A stretch of 64,000 bases of DNA from Pseudomonadota bacterium (GTDB taxonomy: Bacteria; Pseudomonadota; Gammaproteobacteria; Burkholderiales; Burkholderiaceae_D), in assembly GCA_021821365.1 (NCBI GenBank), contig JAKACN010000001.1, forward strand, positions 1,623-65,622. The letters run 5' to 3'. A model generated the notes under the pieces. That model ran no database searches and was not told the DNA's origin. It saw only the letters and a program-made list of their open reading frames with translations. A program made the position numbers and the translations under genes. Of the stretch, positions 24,832 through 34,799 are shown in pieces. Position 1 is the stretch's first letter; the number at the start of each line of letters is the position of its first letter.

Positions 24832-25941
24832 TTATTCCGCCAGCGCGGCATGGCTGCGGATGATGCCGCCGCCAAGACATACGTCGCCGTCATAGAGGAC
24901 GGCGGATTGACCAGGCGTGACCGCCCACTGCGCGTCAGGAAAGGCGAGCGAAAAACCGCCGGTACCCGCTTGCGCAAACTCGCAGCGCACGTCTGCCTGC
25001 CGGTAGCGCGTCTTCGCATGCAGAGGCCCGGGCGCGGGCGCTTCACCCGCTATCCAGCTTGCCTGCTCCGCGTCAAGCGAAGACGACAGAAGCCAGGGAT
25101 GGTCGTGACCCTGCACCACATACAATGTGTTGTGTTCGATATCCTTCCTGGCCACATACCAGGCATCGCTGCTGCCCTCGGCATTTTGGTAGGACTTCAT
25201 GCCCCCGATGCCGATGCCCTTGCGCTGGCCGAGCGTGTAGAAACTCAGGCCCACGTGCGTGCCGACGGTCGTGCCGTCCGGCGTCTTCATGGGGCCCGGC
25301 TTGTAGGACAGGTAGCGATTCAGGAATTCGCGGAAAGGGCGTTCGCCGATGAAGCAGATGCCCGTCGAATCTTTCTTTTTCGCGTTCGGCAGGCCGATTT
25401 TTTCCGCGATCCGGCGTACTTCCGTCTTGGGGATTTCGCCAAGCGGAAACAGGGTTTTCGATAATTGCGCCTGGTTGAGGCCATGCAGGAAGTAGCTCTG
25501 GTCCTTGCTCGTATCGAGCGCCTTCAGCAATTCGAATCGGCCCGATTCGCTCTGGCGAACGCGGGCGTAATGGCCGGTGGCGATCAGGTCCGCGCCGAGC
25601 TTCATGGCATGGTCGAGAAAAGCCTTGAACTTGATTTCGGCATTGCACAGTACGTCGGGGTTCGGCGTGCGGCCGGCCTGGTATTCACGCAGGAATTCGG
25701 CGAAGACACGGTCCTTGTACTCGGCCGCGAAATTGACCGCCTCGATGTCGACGCCCACCACGTCGGCGACGCTGGCTGCGTCGATCCAGTCCTGGCGCGA
25801 CGAGCAATACTCCGAGTCGTCGTCTTCCCAGTTCTTCATGAACAGGCCGATGACCTCGTAGCCCTGCTCCTTGAGCAGCCATGCCGAAACCGACGAATCG
25901 ACGCCGCCGGACATGCCGATCACGATCCGCTTCCTAGCCAT
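24832..25941 (-). CDS. mnmA: tRNA 2-thiouridine(34) synthase
   Basis: [43 protein letters not shown]. Confidence 0.97.
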   Translation of the reverse strand: MARKRIVIGMSGGVDSSVSAWLLKEQGYEVIGLFMKNWEDDDSEYCSSRQDWIDAASVADVVGVDIEAVNFAAEYKDRVFAEFLREYQAGRTPNPDVLCNAEIKFKAFLDHAMKLGADLIATGHYARVRQSESGRFELLKALDTSKDQSYFLHGLNQAQLSKTLFPLGEIPKTEVRRIAEKIGLPNAKKKDSTGICFIGERPFREFLNRYLSYKPGPMKTPDGTTVGTHVGLSFYTLGQRKGIGIGGMKSYQNAEGSSDAWYVARKDIEHNTLYVVQGHDHPWLLSSSLDAEQASWIAGEAPAPGPLHAKTRYRQADVRCEFAQAGTGGFSLAFPDAQWAVTPGQSAVLYDGDVCLGGGIIRSHAALAE

Positions 25942-26419
25942 TCGGTACCCCGGTGGCGCTTGGATGCGTATAGATCAGCGACAGCGGCGCGCGCTTGCCG
26001 GCGAGGTAATCGTCCACGCAGCGCAGGACCAGCGGGCTGCGGTGCTTTTCCTCGCATTCCAGCATTTCTTCGCGCGTCATCCACACCGTGCGCAAGATGC
26101 CATGGTCGAGCGGGCGGTCGAGCGCGCGCCCGAGCTCGCCGGCGAAGGCAAAGCGCAGGTAGGTGACCTGGCGCCCGGTACGCGAGGAAAGGTAGCGCGA
26201 CATGTACATGCCGATCAGGGCCGTCGGCGTGAACTCATGCGCCGCTTCTTCCATTGTCTCGCGTGCAACTGCGTCGATCAGGGACTCGTTGGGGTCGAGA
26301 TGCCCGGCCGGCTGGTTGAAACGAACGCCATCGCTGGTCTCTTCCTCGACCAGAAGGAAGCGGCCGTCGCGCTCGATGATCGCAGCGACCGTTACAGAAG
26401 GTTTCCAGACTTCACTCAT
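25934..26419 (-). CDS. nudJ: NUDIX hydrolase (NudJ-like)
   Basis: [31 protein letters not shown] Nudix box; overlaps mnmA start. Confidence 0.85.
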   Translation of the reverse strand: MSEVWKPSVTVAAIIERDGRFLLVEEETSDGVRFNQPAGHLDPNESLIDAVARETMEEAAHEFTPTALIGMYMSRYLSSRTGRQVTYLRFAFAGELGRALDRPLDHGILRTVWMTREEMLECEEKHRSPLVLRCVDDYLAGKRAPLSLIYTHPSATGVPNG

Positions 26420-26895
26420 AGTATCCCTTGAAGAGGGCGCCATTTTACCGTGCATGGACCGCTTGTGCTGCCTTGGCGGGTGCGGCATGCAGACTGTCGA
26501 GAAGCGGAATGATCAAGGTCGGCGCGGAAAACTTCTTGATGTCGCACAATTTTTTCTAACAAGTTTTCAGTGGGAGCGGAAAAATGCCGCTAAATTCTTC
26601 CTTCGCCGCTTTTTTCATTTATCCTCTCTGGAAACCGGTAAAAACAGACGAAAAATGCAGGCGCGGAAGTCCTGCCCGGCAAGAGAATAAAAAAGAACGA
26701 TTGTGCTATTTTTTGATTTCCGTGTAAGATCGGTGTAAGAATTTCAGCATTGGGGAAGTTCATGAAAGTCGGCATATCCGCCGAACCGCGGTCGGACACG
26801 TCGTGCGGCCGTATCCCGCGTATCCATCGGAAATCAGCGTGCCGAGATGCCATGCGTTTCGGCGGCAAGGAATTTTGTAATCAGTAGGAGAGAAA

Positions 26896-27264
26896 ATGCA
26901 ACGCATCATGCTTCGGTCGAAGATCCATCGGGTGGCGGTCACGCAGGCCGACCTGCATTACGAGGGGTCCTGCGGCATCGACCAGAATTTGCTGGAAGCA
27001 GCCGACATCAAGGAATTCGAAAAGATCGAACTCTACAATATCAACAACGGCGAACGCTTTTCGACTTATGCCATCAAGGGCAAGCGCGGCAGCGGGGAGA
27101 TTTCGCTCAATGGCGCCGCCGCGCGACGCGCGCACCTGGGAGATTTGCTGATCATCTGCACATATGCACCGATGAGCGACGCCGAGGTCGAGACGTATGT
27201 GCCGAAGATCGTATTTGTCGATGAAAAGAACCAGATCACGGGGCTCAAGAAGTCTCCCGCATGA
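26896..27264 (+). CDS. panD: Aspartate 1-decarboxylase precursor
   Basis: SKIHR..VT.ADLHYEG|SC self-cleavage site, [14 protein letters not shown]. Confidence 0.96.
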   Translation: MQRIMLRSKIHRVAVTQADLHYEGSCGIDQNLLEAADIKEFEKIELYNINNGERFSTYAIKGKRGSGEISLNGAAARRAHLGDLLIICTYAPMSDAEVETYVPKIVFVDEKNQITGLKKSPA

Positions 27265-27367
27265 AGGCGCGAAGTCCTGCCAGGTCCATCCTATTGAAAA
27301 AGGGGCGGCAGCAATGCCGTTCCCTCCGCATGAAAATCCACTTTCATAACCACCAAGGGGAAAGCGT

Positions 27368-28963
27368 ATGCCTCTGACAATTGGAGTACCACGGGAAGTC
27401 TTCCCGGGCGAAAAGCGTGTTGCAACCGTTCCCGACGTTGTTGAAAAACTCATCAAGCTGGGTTTCTCGGTCGCAGTCGAATCCGGCGCCGGTGACGCGG
27501 CCAATTTCAGCGATGAGACCTACCGCGCCGCAGGCGCACAGATCACAGAAGACGCTGCCAAACTCTGGGCAGCATCGGACATCGTATTCAAGGTCCGCGC
27601 CCCTAACGCCGGTGAAGTGGCGATGATGCGCGAGGGCACGACACTGATCAGCTTCATCTGGCCGGCGCAGAATCCCGAGCTGATGCAGCAGCTCGCCGCC
27701 AGGAAGGTGACCGTGCTGGCTATCGACTCGCTGCCGCGCACGCTGAGCCGCGCACAGAAGATGGATGCGTTGACCTCCCAAGCCGGCGTTGCCGGCTATC
27801 GCGCCGTCATCGAGGCAGCCAACGCATTCGGCCGCTTCTTCAGCGGCCAGGTGACGGCAGCCGGCAAGATTCCGCCGGCCAAGGTCTTCATCGCAGGCGC
27901 AGGCGTGGCCGGCCTTGCGGCGATCGGCACCGCCGCGGGCCTGGGCGCCATCGTGCGCGCCAATGACACCCGTGCCGAAGTGGCCGACCAGGTGGTTTCG
28001 CTGGGCGGTGAATTCGTCAAGGTCGATTACGAGGAAGAGGGCTCCGGCGGCGGCGGCTATGCCAAGGTGATGAGCGAGGGCTTCCAAAAGGCCCAGCGCG
28101 AGATGTACGCCAGGCAGGCGAAGGAAGTGGACATCATCATCACAACCGCCCTGATTCCCGGCAAGCCGGCGCCGAAGCTGATCACTGCCGAGATGGTGAA
28201 GAGCATGAAGCCGGGCAGCGTCATCGTCGACATGGCGGCCGAGCAGGGCGGCAACTGCGAACTGACCGAGCCCGGCCAGGTGGTGGTGAAGCATGGCGTG
28301 ACCATCGTCGGCTATACCGACCTGGTCAGCCGCCTGTCGAAGCAATCGTCGACGCTGTACTCGAACAACCTGCTGCGCCTGACCGAGGAATTGTGCAAGA
28401 CCAAGGACGGCATCATCAACGTCAACATGGAAGACGACGCCATCCGCGGCCTGACCGTCATCAAGGGCGGCGAAGTCACCTGGCCGCCGCCGGCACCCAA
28501 GCTGCCGCCCGCGCCGGCTGCCAAACCGGCTGCTGCCGCAGCAGCGCCGACCGCCAAGAAGGGCGGCCACGGGCATGGCGCGGCAAGCGAACCAACTTCG
28601 GGCACCACGATGGCGATCATGTTCGGTGTTGCCGCTGCGTTGTTCTGGGCGATTGGCGCCTATGCGCCGGCGGCATTCCTCGGGCACTTCACCGTGTTCG
28701 TGCTGGCCTGCTTCGTGGGTTACATGGTGGTGTGGAACGTCACGCCTTCGCTGCATACGCCGCTCATGAGCGTGACCAACGCGATTTCGAGCATCATCGC
28801 CATCGGCGCGCTGGTGCAGATCGCGCCACCGCTGACGGCGGGCGTGGAGCGACCGGGTGACATGATCCGCTGGCTGGCTGTGGCCGGCATCGTGCTCACG
28901 ACGATCAACATGTTCGGTGGTTTCGCCGTGACCCGTCGCATGCTGGCGATGTTCCGCAAATAA
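27368..28963 (+). CDS. pntA: NAD(P)+ transhydrogenase alpha subunit (single-chain dI + membrane part)
   Basis: [41 protein letters not shown]. Confidence 0.96.
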   Translation: MPLTIGVPREVFPGEKRVATVPDVVEKLIKLGFSVAVESGAGDAANFSDETYRAAGAQITEDAAKLWAASDIVFKVRAPNAGEVAMMREGTTLISFIWPAQNPELMQQLAARKVTVLAIDSLPRTLSRAQKMDALTSQAGVAGYRAVIEAANAFGRFFSGQVTAAGKIPPAKVFIAGAGVAGLAAIGTAAGLGAIVRANDTRAEVADQVVSLGGEFVKVDYEEEGSGGGGYAKVMSEGFQKAQREMYARQAKEVDIIITTALIPGKPAPKLITAEMVKSMKPGSVIVDMAAEQGGNCELTEPGQVVVKHGVTIVGYTDLVSRLSKQSSTLYSNNLLRLTEELCKTKDGIINVNMEDDAIRGLTVIKGGEVTWPPPAPKLPPAPAAKPAAAAAAPTAKKGGHGHGAASEPTSGTTMAIMFGVAAALFWAIGAYAPAAFLGHFTVFVLACFVGYMVVWNVTPSLHTPLMSVTNAISSIIAIGALVQIAPPLTAGVERPGDMIRWLAVAGIVLTTINMFGGFAVTRRMLAMFRK

Positions 28964-28982
28964 TAAGAGGGAGCCGATAAAA

Positions 28983-30410
28983 ATGTCTGAAAGCCTCACA
29001 ACAGTCGCTTACCTGGGCGCGACCATTCTCTTCATCCTCAGCCTCGGCGGCCTCTCCAATCCGGAAACCGCGCGCCGCGGCAACGTGTACGGCATGATCG
29101 GCATGGCGATCGCCGTGCTGGCCACGATCTTCGGCACGCACGTCACGACGGCCGGCATTCCGTGGATCATCGTCGCGATGGTCGTCGGCGGCTCGATCGG
29201 TCTGTACGCCGCACGCGTCGTGCAGATGACGCAGATGCCGGAACTGGTGGCATTGATGCACAGCCTGGTCGGCCTGGCCGCCACGCTGGTCGGTTTCGCC
29301 AGCTACGTCGACCCGGCCGCGAGCGCGCACTTCGCCGGTGCGGAAAAGACGATTCACGAAGTGGAGATCTACGTCGGCATCCTGATCGGCGCGATCACTT
29401 TCTCGGGATCGATCATCGCCTTCGGCAAGCTGTCCGGCCGTATCGGCGGCAAGCCCATGCTGCTGCCGGGCCGCCACTGGCTCAATCTCGCGGCGCTGCT
29501 GGTCGTGATCTATTTCGGCGGACAGTTCCTGCATGCCGAAACGATCAACACCGGGATGGCGCCGCTGGTCATCATGACGGTCATCGCACTGCTGTTCGGC
29601 ATCCATATGGTGATGGCGATCGGCGGCGCCGACATGCCGGTGGTGGTGTCCATGCTCAACAGCTACTCCGGTTGGGCGGCGGCGGCGACCGGCTTCATGC
29701 TGTCGAACGATCTGCTGATCGTCACTGGCGCGCTGGTGGGTTCTTCCGGTGCGATCCTGTCGTACATCATGTGCCGTGCGATGAACCGCAACTTCATCAG
29801 CGTGATTGCGGGCGGCTTCGGTACGGAAGGCGGCAAGCCTGCTCCTGCGGGCGGCGGCGCTGCGCAACCTGCCGGCGAAGTGGTGCCGGTCACGGCTGCC
29901 GAGACCAGCGAACTGCTGCGCGACGCGAAGAACGTGATCATCGTGCCGGGTTACGGCATGGCGGTTGCGCAGGCGCAGCACACGGTCTACGAGATCACCA
30001 AGCTGTTGCGCGAGAAGGGCGTGAACGTCCGCTTCGGCATCCACCCGGTCGCCGGCCGCATGCCGGGCCATATGAACGTGCTGCTGGCCGAAGCCAAGGT
30101 GCCTTACGACATCGTGCAGGAGATGGACGAGCTCAACGACGACTTCTCCGACACCGATGTCGCGATGGTGATCGGCGCCAACGACATCGTCAATCCGGCG
30201 GCGCAGGAAGATCCGACCAGCCCGATCGCCGGCATGCCGGTGCTGGAAGTGTGGAAGGCCAAGACCTCGATCGTCATGAAGCGCAGCATGGCTTCCGGCT
30301 ACGCGGGTGTGGACAATCCGCTCTTCTACAAGGAAAACAACCGCATGCTGTTCGGCGATGCGAAGAAGATGCTGGACGAAGTGCTGGTGTCGCTGAAGGC
30401 CGCTGCCTGA
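28983..30410 (+). CDS. pntB: NAD(P)+ transhydrogenase beta subunit
   Basis: [51 protein letters not shown]. Confidence 0.97.
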   Translation: MSESLTTVAYLGATILFILSLGGLSNPETARRGNVYGMIGMAIAVLATIFGTHVTTAGIPWIIVAMVVGGSIGLYAARVVQMTQMPELVALMHSLVGLAATLVGFASYVDPAASAHFAGAEKTIHEVEIYVGILIGAITFSGSIIAFGKLSGRIGGKPMLLPGRHWLNLAALLVVIYFGGQFLHAETINTGMAPLVIMTVIALLFGIHMVMAIGGADMPVVVSMLNSYSGWAAAATGFMLSNDLLIVTGALVGSSGAILSYIMCRAMNRNFISVIAGGFGTEGGKPAPAGGGAAQPAGEVVPVTAAETSELLRDAKNVIIVPGYGMAVAQAQHTVYEITKLLREKGVNVRFGIHPVAGRMPGHMNVLLAEAKVPYDIVQEMDELNDDFSDTDVAMVIGANDIVNPAAQEDPTSPIAGMPVLEVWKAKTSIVMKRSMASGYAGVDNPLFYKENNRMLFGDAKKMLDEVLVSLKAAA

Positions 30411-30428
30411 TAGCGATTGCCGCCAGTG

Positions 30429-30458
30429 AAAAAAGCCGCGCAGTGCGCGGCTTTTTTA
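30429..30458. terminator. Bidirectional intrinsic terminator between pntB and ubiH
   Basis: AAAAAAGCCGCGC-AGT-GCGCGGCTTTTTT. Confidence 0.8.
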
Positions 30459-30469
30459 TTGCGGCATTT

Positions 30470-31612
30470 TTATTGCCTGCTGCCGAACAGCATGTGTTCG
30501 GCCAGCAATCGCCTGGCGGGTTTGAGCGCATCGACCAGCGCAAGCGACAAGCCCAATGCGGATTGCGACAAGGCGCCATCCGGCGCGCTGGCGAAGATGC
30601 GGGCCAATGTATCGGTCAGCGTGATCGTGAGCTTGCGGTCGGTCTGGCGCAGGCGTATGAATTGCTGGAGCATCTCCGGCGCGGCGTCGCGCGACAGCAG
30701 GCGCGCAAGTACGGCAGCGTCGCGCAAGCCGAGGTTCATGCCCTGGCCTGCAACCGGATGCAGGGTCTGGGCCGCGTTGCCGATGGCGACGGTGCGCGAC
30801 GAGACCGCCGCGTGCGCATTCAGGCCGAGCGGAAACGCGGCGCGTGGACTGGTCTTGGTGAAGCGGCCCAATCGGGAGCCGAATGCGCGCTGCAGTTCCG
30901 CGAGGAATTCCGTGTCCGGCAAGGCAGCCAGGCGCGCCGCATTCGCCGGGCGGGCACACCAGACCATGGCGTAGCCGTCATCCTGCGGCAGCAGCGCAAG
31001 CGGCCCTTCATCGGTAAAGCGTTCGAAGGCGCGATGCGCCACCGGCTTGCTGCACACGATATGGGCGATGATTGCGGTCTGCTCGTAGTCGCGGCTCACC
31101 GATTTCACGGCTTGTTCCGAGAACACGCCACCCTCTGCCTGCACCATGATCCGGGCAGTGAGAGACCTGCCATCGGAACAGCGCAGTTCGACTGCATCGT
31201 CGCGTTCGATGGAGGAGGCAACCTGTAGCGGGCGCAGCGTCACGATATCGTTTCGCTCAGCCAGCGCCGCCAGTGTTGACACCAGCGTGCCGTAGCGAGC
31301 CACGTAGCCGAGCGCGGGCACGCCGTATTCCTCGCGTTCGATCACCGTGCGGCCGAAGTGGCCGCGGCGGGATACGTGGATCTGGTGGATGGCGTCGGCG
31401 GCGATCGGCCAGGCACCGATGTCTTCGAGAATCTGACGGCTGCCGTAGGAGAGCGCAATCGAGCGCGGATCCTGCGACACCGCATCAAGCGGCTTGGCGT
31501 CGACCAGGACAATGCGTCGGGCGGGAGCGTCATGTTTGACGAGCAGCAGCGCCAGCGCCAGTCCGACCGGACCGGCGCCGCAGATGGCAATATCGAAATC
31601 CGTCGTTGCCAT
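30470..31612 (-). CDS. ubiH: UbiH/UbiF family FAD-dependent hydroxylase
   Basis: GAGPVG, RAFERFT.EGPLALLP, IGNAAQTLHPVAGQGMNLG; downstream of pepP. Confidence 0.8.
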   Translation of the reverse strand: MATTDFDIAICGAGPVGLALALLLVKHDAPARRIVLVDAKPLDAVSQDPRSIALSYGSRQILEDIGAWPIAADAIHQIHVSRRGHFGRTVIEREEYGVPALGYVARYGTLVSTLAALAERNDIVTLRPLQVASSIERDDAVELRCSDGRSLTARIMVQAEGGVFSEQAVKSVSRDYEQTAIIAHIVCSKPVAHRAFERFTDEGPLALLPQDDGYAMVWCARPANAARLAALPDTEFLAELQRAFGSRLGRFTKTSPRAAFPLGLNAHAAVSSRTVAIGNAAQTLHPVAGQGMNLGLRDAAVLARLLSRDAAPEMLQQFIRLRQTDRKLTITLTDTLARIFASAPDGALSQSALGLSLALVDALKPARRLLAEHMLFGSRQ

Positions 31613-31616
31613 CGCC

Positions 31617-32948
31617 TCAATGTTTCATTACGGCTTCGATATCGGCGACGGTCTTGGGCGCGGCAGCGGTGATGATCTCGCAGCCGGATTCCGTTACCAG
31701 CGCATCGTCTTCGATGCGGATGCCGATATTCCAGAAATGCTCCGGCACACCGGGCTCGGGACGGACGTAGATGCCGGGTTCGACTGTCAGCATCATGCCC
31801 GGCTGCAGCACGCGCCAGGGCTTTTCCCCCTGCAGCACGCTGGCCTCGCGATATTCGCCGACGTCATGCACATCCATGCCGAGCCAGTGCCCGGTGCGAT
31901 GCATGTAAAACTGGCGATAGGCACCTTTCTCAATCACGTCCTCCAGGCTGCCCACCTTGTCCTTGTCCAGCAGGCCGGTGTCGAGCATGCCTTGCGCGAG
32001 CACCCGCACGGCTGCATCATGGCCGTCCATGAAACGCTTGCCGGGACGCGTCTCTGCGATCGCGGCGGACTGCGCGGCGAGCACGAGCTCGTACAGCGCC
32101 TTCTGCGGTCCGCTGAACTTGCCGTTGGCAGGGAAGGTGCGTGTGATGTCGGAAGCATAGCTGTCGAGTTCGCAACCGGCATCGATGAGGACGAGGTCGC
32201 CGTCCTTGATTTCCGCGTCGCTGGCGCGATAGTGCAGTACGCAGGCGTTGGCGCCGGTGGCGACGATCGAGCCGTACGCGGGGTATTGCGAGCCGTTGCG
32301 GCGGAATTCATGCAGCAGCTCCGCCTCCAGATGGTATTCACGCAGGCCGGCGCGGCAGGATTGCATCGCGCGGCGATGCGCTTCGGCGGAAATGGCGGCG
32401 GCGCGCTTCATGATCGCGATTTCCTCCGCATCCTTGACCAGCCGCATTTCGTCCAGCAGCACATGCACGTCGTGCACCACCGATGGCGCGACGACGCCGG
32501 CGCGCGACTGCATGCGCACCGCCTGCAGCCAGCCTTGCACCTGTTTGTCGAGCTTCCTGTCGCTGCCCAGCGCATAGAAAAGCGCAGACGCGTTCGCCAT
32601 CAGCTTCGGCATTTCGGTGTCCAATGCGCTGATCGGATACGCCGCATCGAAGCCGAAGGCCTCGCGCGCGGCTTCCGGTCCGTGACGATAACCGTCCCAG
32701 ATCTCGCGCTCGGGATTCTTCTCCCGGCAAAACAGGATCGCCTGACTCTTTTCGCCCGCCACCAGGACGATCACGGCCTCCGGTTCGTCGAAGCCGGACA
32801 GGTAGTAGAAGTAGCTGTCATGGCGATACGGATAGTCGCTATCGCGGTTGCGCATGACTTCGGGCGAGGTCGGCAGGATGGCGATGCCGCCGCCCTTTTC
32901 CTGCATCTGCTTCATCAATGCGGCGCGTCGGGCTGCATACGATTTCAT
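31617..32948 (-). CDS. pepP: Xaa-Pro aminopeptidase
   Basis: DAGCELDSYASDITRT, HRTGHWLGMDVHD, TVEPGIY, GIRIEDD. Confidence 0.95.
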   Translation of the reverse strand: MKSYAARRAALMKQMQEKGGGIAILPTSPEVMRNRDSDYPYRHDSYFYYLSGFDEPEAVIVLVAGEKSQAILFCREKNPEREIWDGYRHGPEAAREAFGFDAAYPISALDTEMPKLMANASALFYALGSDRKLDKQVQGWLQAVRMQSRAGVVAPSVVHDVHVLLDEMRLVKDAEEIAIMKRAAAISAEAHRRAMQSCRAGLREYHLEAELLHEFRRNGSQYPAYGSIVATGANACVLHYRASDAEIKDGDLVLIDAGCELDSYASDITRTFPANGKFSGPQKALYELVLAAQSAAIAETRPGKRFMDGHDAAVRVLAQGMLDTGLLDKDKVGSLEDVIEKGAYRQFYMHRTGHWLGMDVHDVGEYREASVLQGEKPWRVLQPGMMLTVEPGIYVRPEPGVPEHFWNIGIRIEDDALVTESGCEIITAAAPKTVADIEAVMKH

Positions 32949-33664
32949 GGGCGTTCCTTTGCGTAGGGCTCACCATTGAGTTGCGCCAGCCGCTCCGGCG
33001 TTCCAACGTCGGTCCAGTCGCCGCGATACACTTCGCCACCGACCTGGCCACGCGAGGCGTATGCGCGCAGGATGGGGGCGATCTGCGCAGATTGTCCCGG
33101 GTCGACGGAATCGAAAATCTCCATCCGGTACACGCCGATGCCGGAGAACGTGTAGCGCGGCTCGCCTTCGTTGTCCACCGAGAAGCTGTGCAGCGCGAAG
33201 TCGCCTTTCGGATGGTGCGGCGGGTTCTTCACGAGGTACAGCCAGGCGACGTCGCGCTTGTCGCGCGGGTGCGGGTTGCCCCACATGTCATTGTCCTTCA
33301 GCACGTCCGTGACCTGCTCGAAATCGAAATGCGGGCAATAGATGTCGGCGGCGATGGCGATGAAGGGCTCCTCGCCCAGCAGGTGGCGCGCCTTCGCGAT
33401 GCCGCCTGCGGTTTCGAGCGCGGTGCCTTCGGCTGAATAGGCGATGCGCGCACCGAAGCGCGAACCGTCGCCGAGCGCCTCCTCGATCATGTGGCCGAGG
33501 TGCGCGTGATTGATCACGACATCGGTGATGCCGGCGCGCACCAGGTTCAGGATGTGCCAGACGATGAGAGGGCGGCCGCGCACTTTCAGCAGCGGCTTAG
33601 GGCATTCGTCGGTCAGCGGGCGCATCCGCTCGCCGCGTCCCGCAGCGAAAATCATGGCTTTCAT
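32945..33664 (-). CDS. murU: N-acetylmuramate alpha-1-phosphate uridylyltransferase
   Basis: MKAMIFAAGRGERMRPLTD..PKPL, LETAGGI; paired with amgK. Confidence 0.88.
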   Translation of the reverse strand: MKAMIFAAGRGERMRPLTDECPKPLLKVRGRPLIVWHILNLVRAGITDVVINHAHLGHMIEEALGDGSRFGARIAYSAEGTALETAGGIAKARHLLGEEPFIAIAADIYCPHFDFEQVTDVLKDNDMWGNPHPRDKRDVAWLYLVKNPPHHPKGDFALHSFSVDNEGEPRYTFSGIGVYRMEIFDSVDPGQSAQIAPILRAYASRGQVGGEVYRGDWTDVGTPERLAQLNGEPYAKERP

Positions 33665-33691
33665 GCTTGCGATATTCCGGTTCTTGCCGCG

Positions 33692-34717
33692 TCAGAAGGT
33701 ATAGCCGACCGACGGCGCCTTGTCTTCCAGTTCATCCAGCAGCCGGATCAGCGGCGCCAGTGCGTTGTAGCGGCCGGCCGCCTTGCGGGTGTATTCCATC
33801 ACCAGCGGCAGGTCTTTCAGGTAACCGTCCTTGCCGTCGCGGTGATACAGGCGGGCGAAGATGCCGAGCACCTTCAGGTGGCGCTGCAGGCCCATGAATT
33901 CGAAGTCGCGGTAGAAAGCGTCGATGTCGGGATTCACCGGCAGCCCGGCACGGCGCGCGCGTTCCCAGTAGCGGATGGTCCAGTCCAGCACCATTTCTTC
34001 ATCCCACTGGATGTAGGCGTCGCGCAGCAGCGAGACGAGGTCGTAGGTGATCGGGCCGTACACCGCATCCTGGAAGTCCAGGATGCCGGGATTGCCCCGA
34101 TCGAGCACCATCAGGTTGCGCGAATGGTAATCGCGATGCACATAGACTTGCGGCTGCGCCAGATTGTTGGCCAGCAGGGTGTCGAACACCTTGTTCAGCG
34201 TTGCGGTCTGTTTCTCCGTCATGGCGACGCCGAGGTGCTTGCCGACATACCATTCCGGGAACAGCATCAGCTCGCGATGCAGCAGTGCGCGGTCGTATTC
34301 CGGCAACACGTCGGGCCTGCTTTGCGCCTGGATCAGCACCAGGGCATCGATGGCGTCGAGATAGAGCTTGTGCGCGGTGTCGTGGTTGAGCTGGTTCAGG
34401 TAGGTGGTCGAACCCAGATCGGAAAGCAGCAGGAAGCCGCGCTCGACGTCCTTTGCCAGCACCTTGGGCACGGAAGCCCCGGTTGCGCCGAATACCTCGG
34501 CGACATGGATGAACGGGCGCACGTCTTCGTGCGGCGGCGGCGCATCCATCAGGATATAGGTGGCGCCGTCGGCTGCATCGGCACGGAAATAGCGGCGGAA
34601 GCTGGCGTCGGAGGAGGCCGGGCGGATCGACTCCGGCAGGAGCTTGATATCCGGCACCGTGGCCAGCCATTCCTTCAATTGGGTTAGACGAAGATCAGTG
34701 GGGGTATTTACAGACAT
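33692..34717 (-). CDS. amgK: Anomeric MurNAc/GlcNAc kinase (APH family)
   Basis: DASFRRYFR, HRDYHSRNLM, DFQDAVYGP..YDLVSLLRD, QRHLKVLGIFARL. Confidence 0.88.
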   Translation of the reverse strand: MSVNTPTDLRLTQLKEWLATVPDIKLLPESIRPASSDASFRRYFRADAADGATYILMDAPPPHEDVRPFIHVAEVFGATGASVPKVLAKDVERGFLLLSDLGSTTYLNQLNHDTAHKLYLDAIDALVLIQAQSRPDVLPEYDRALLHRELMLFPEWYVGKHLGVAMTEKQTATLNKVFDTLLANNLAQPQVYVHRDYHSRNLMVLDRGNPGILDFQDAVYGPITYDLVSLLRDAYIQWDEEMVLDWTIRYWERARRAGLPVNPDIDAFYRDFEFMGLQRHLKVLGIFARLYHRDGKDGYLKDLPLVMEYTRKAAGRYNALAPLIRLLDELEDKAPSVGYTF

Positions 34718-34799
34718 GAAACTACCTGAGGCCTTTGGGTGATGAGTTCCCATATAATAAGGGATTCAACCTGAAAATGCGCCTGCCAACCCTCTTTTC

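Noticed and set aside
27344-31228. Long alternative ORFs (27344-28999 minus, 28905-30071 minus, 29162-31228 plus)
   Set aside because: Shadow frames of pntAB/ubiH caused by high-GC codon bias; no motifs
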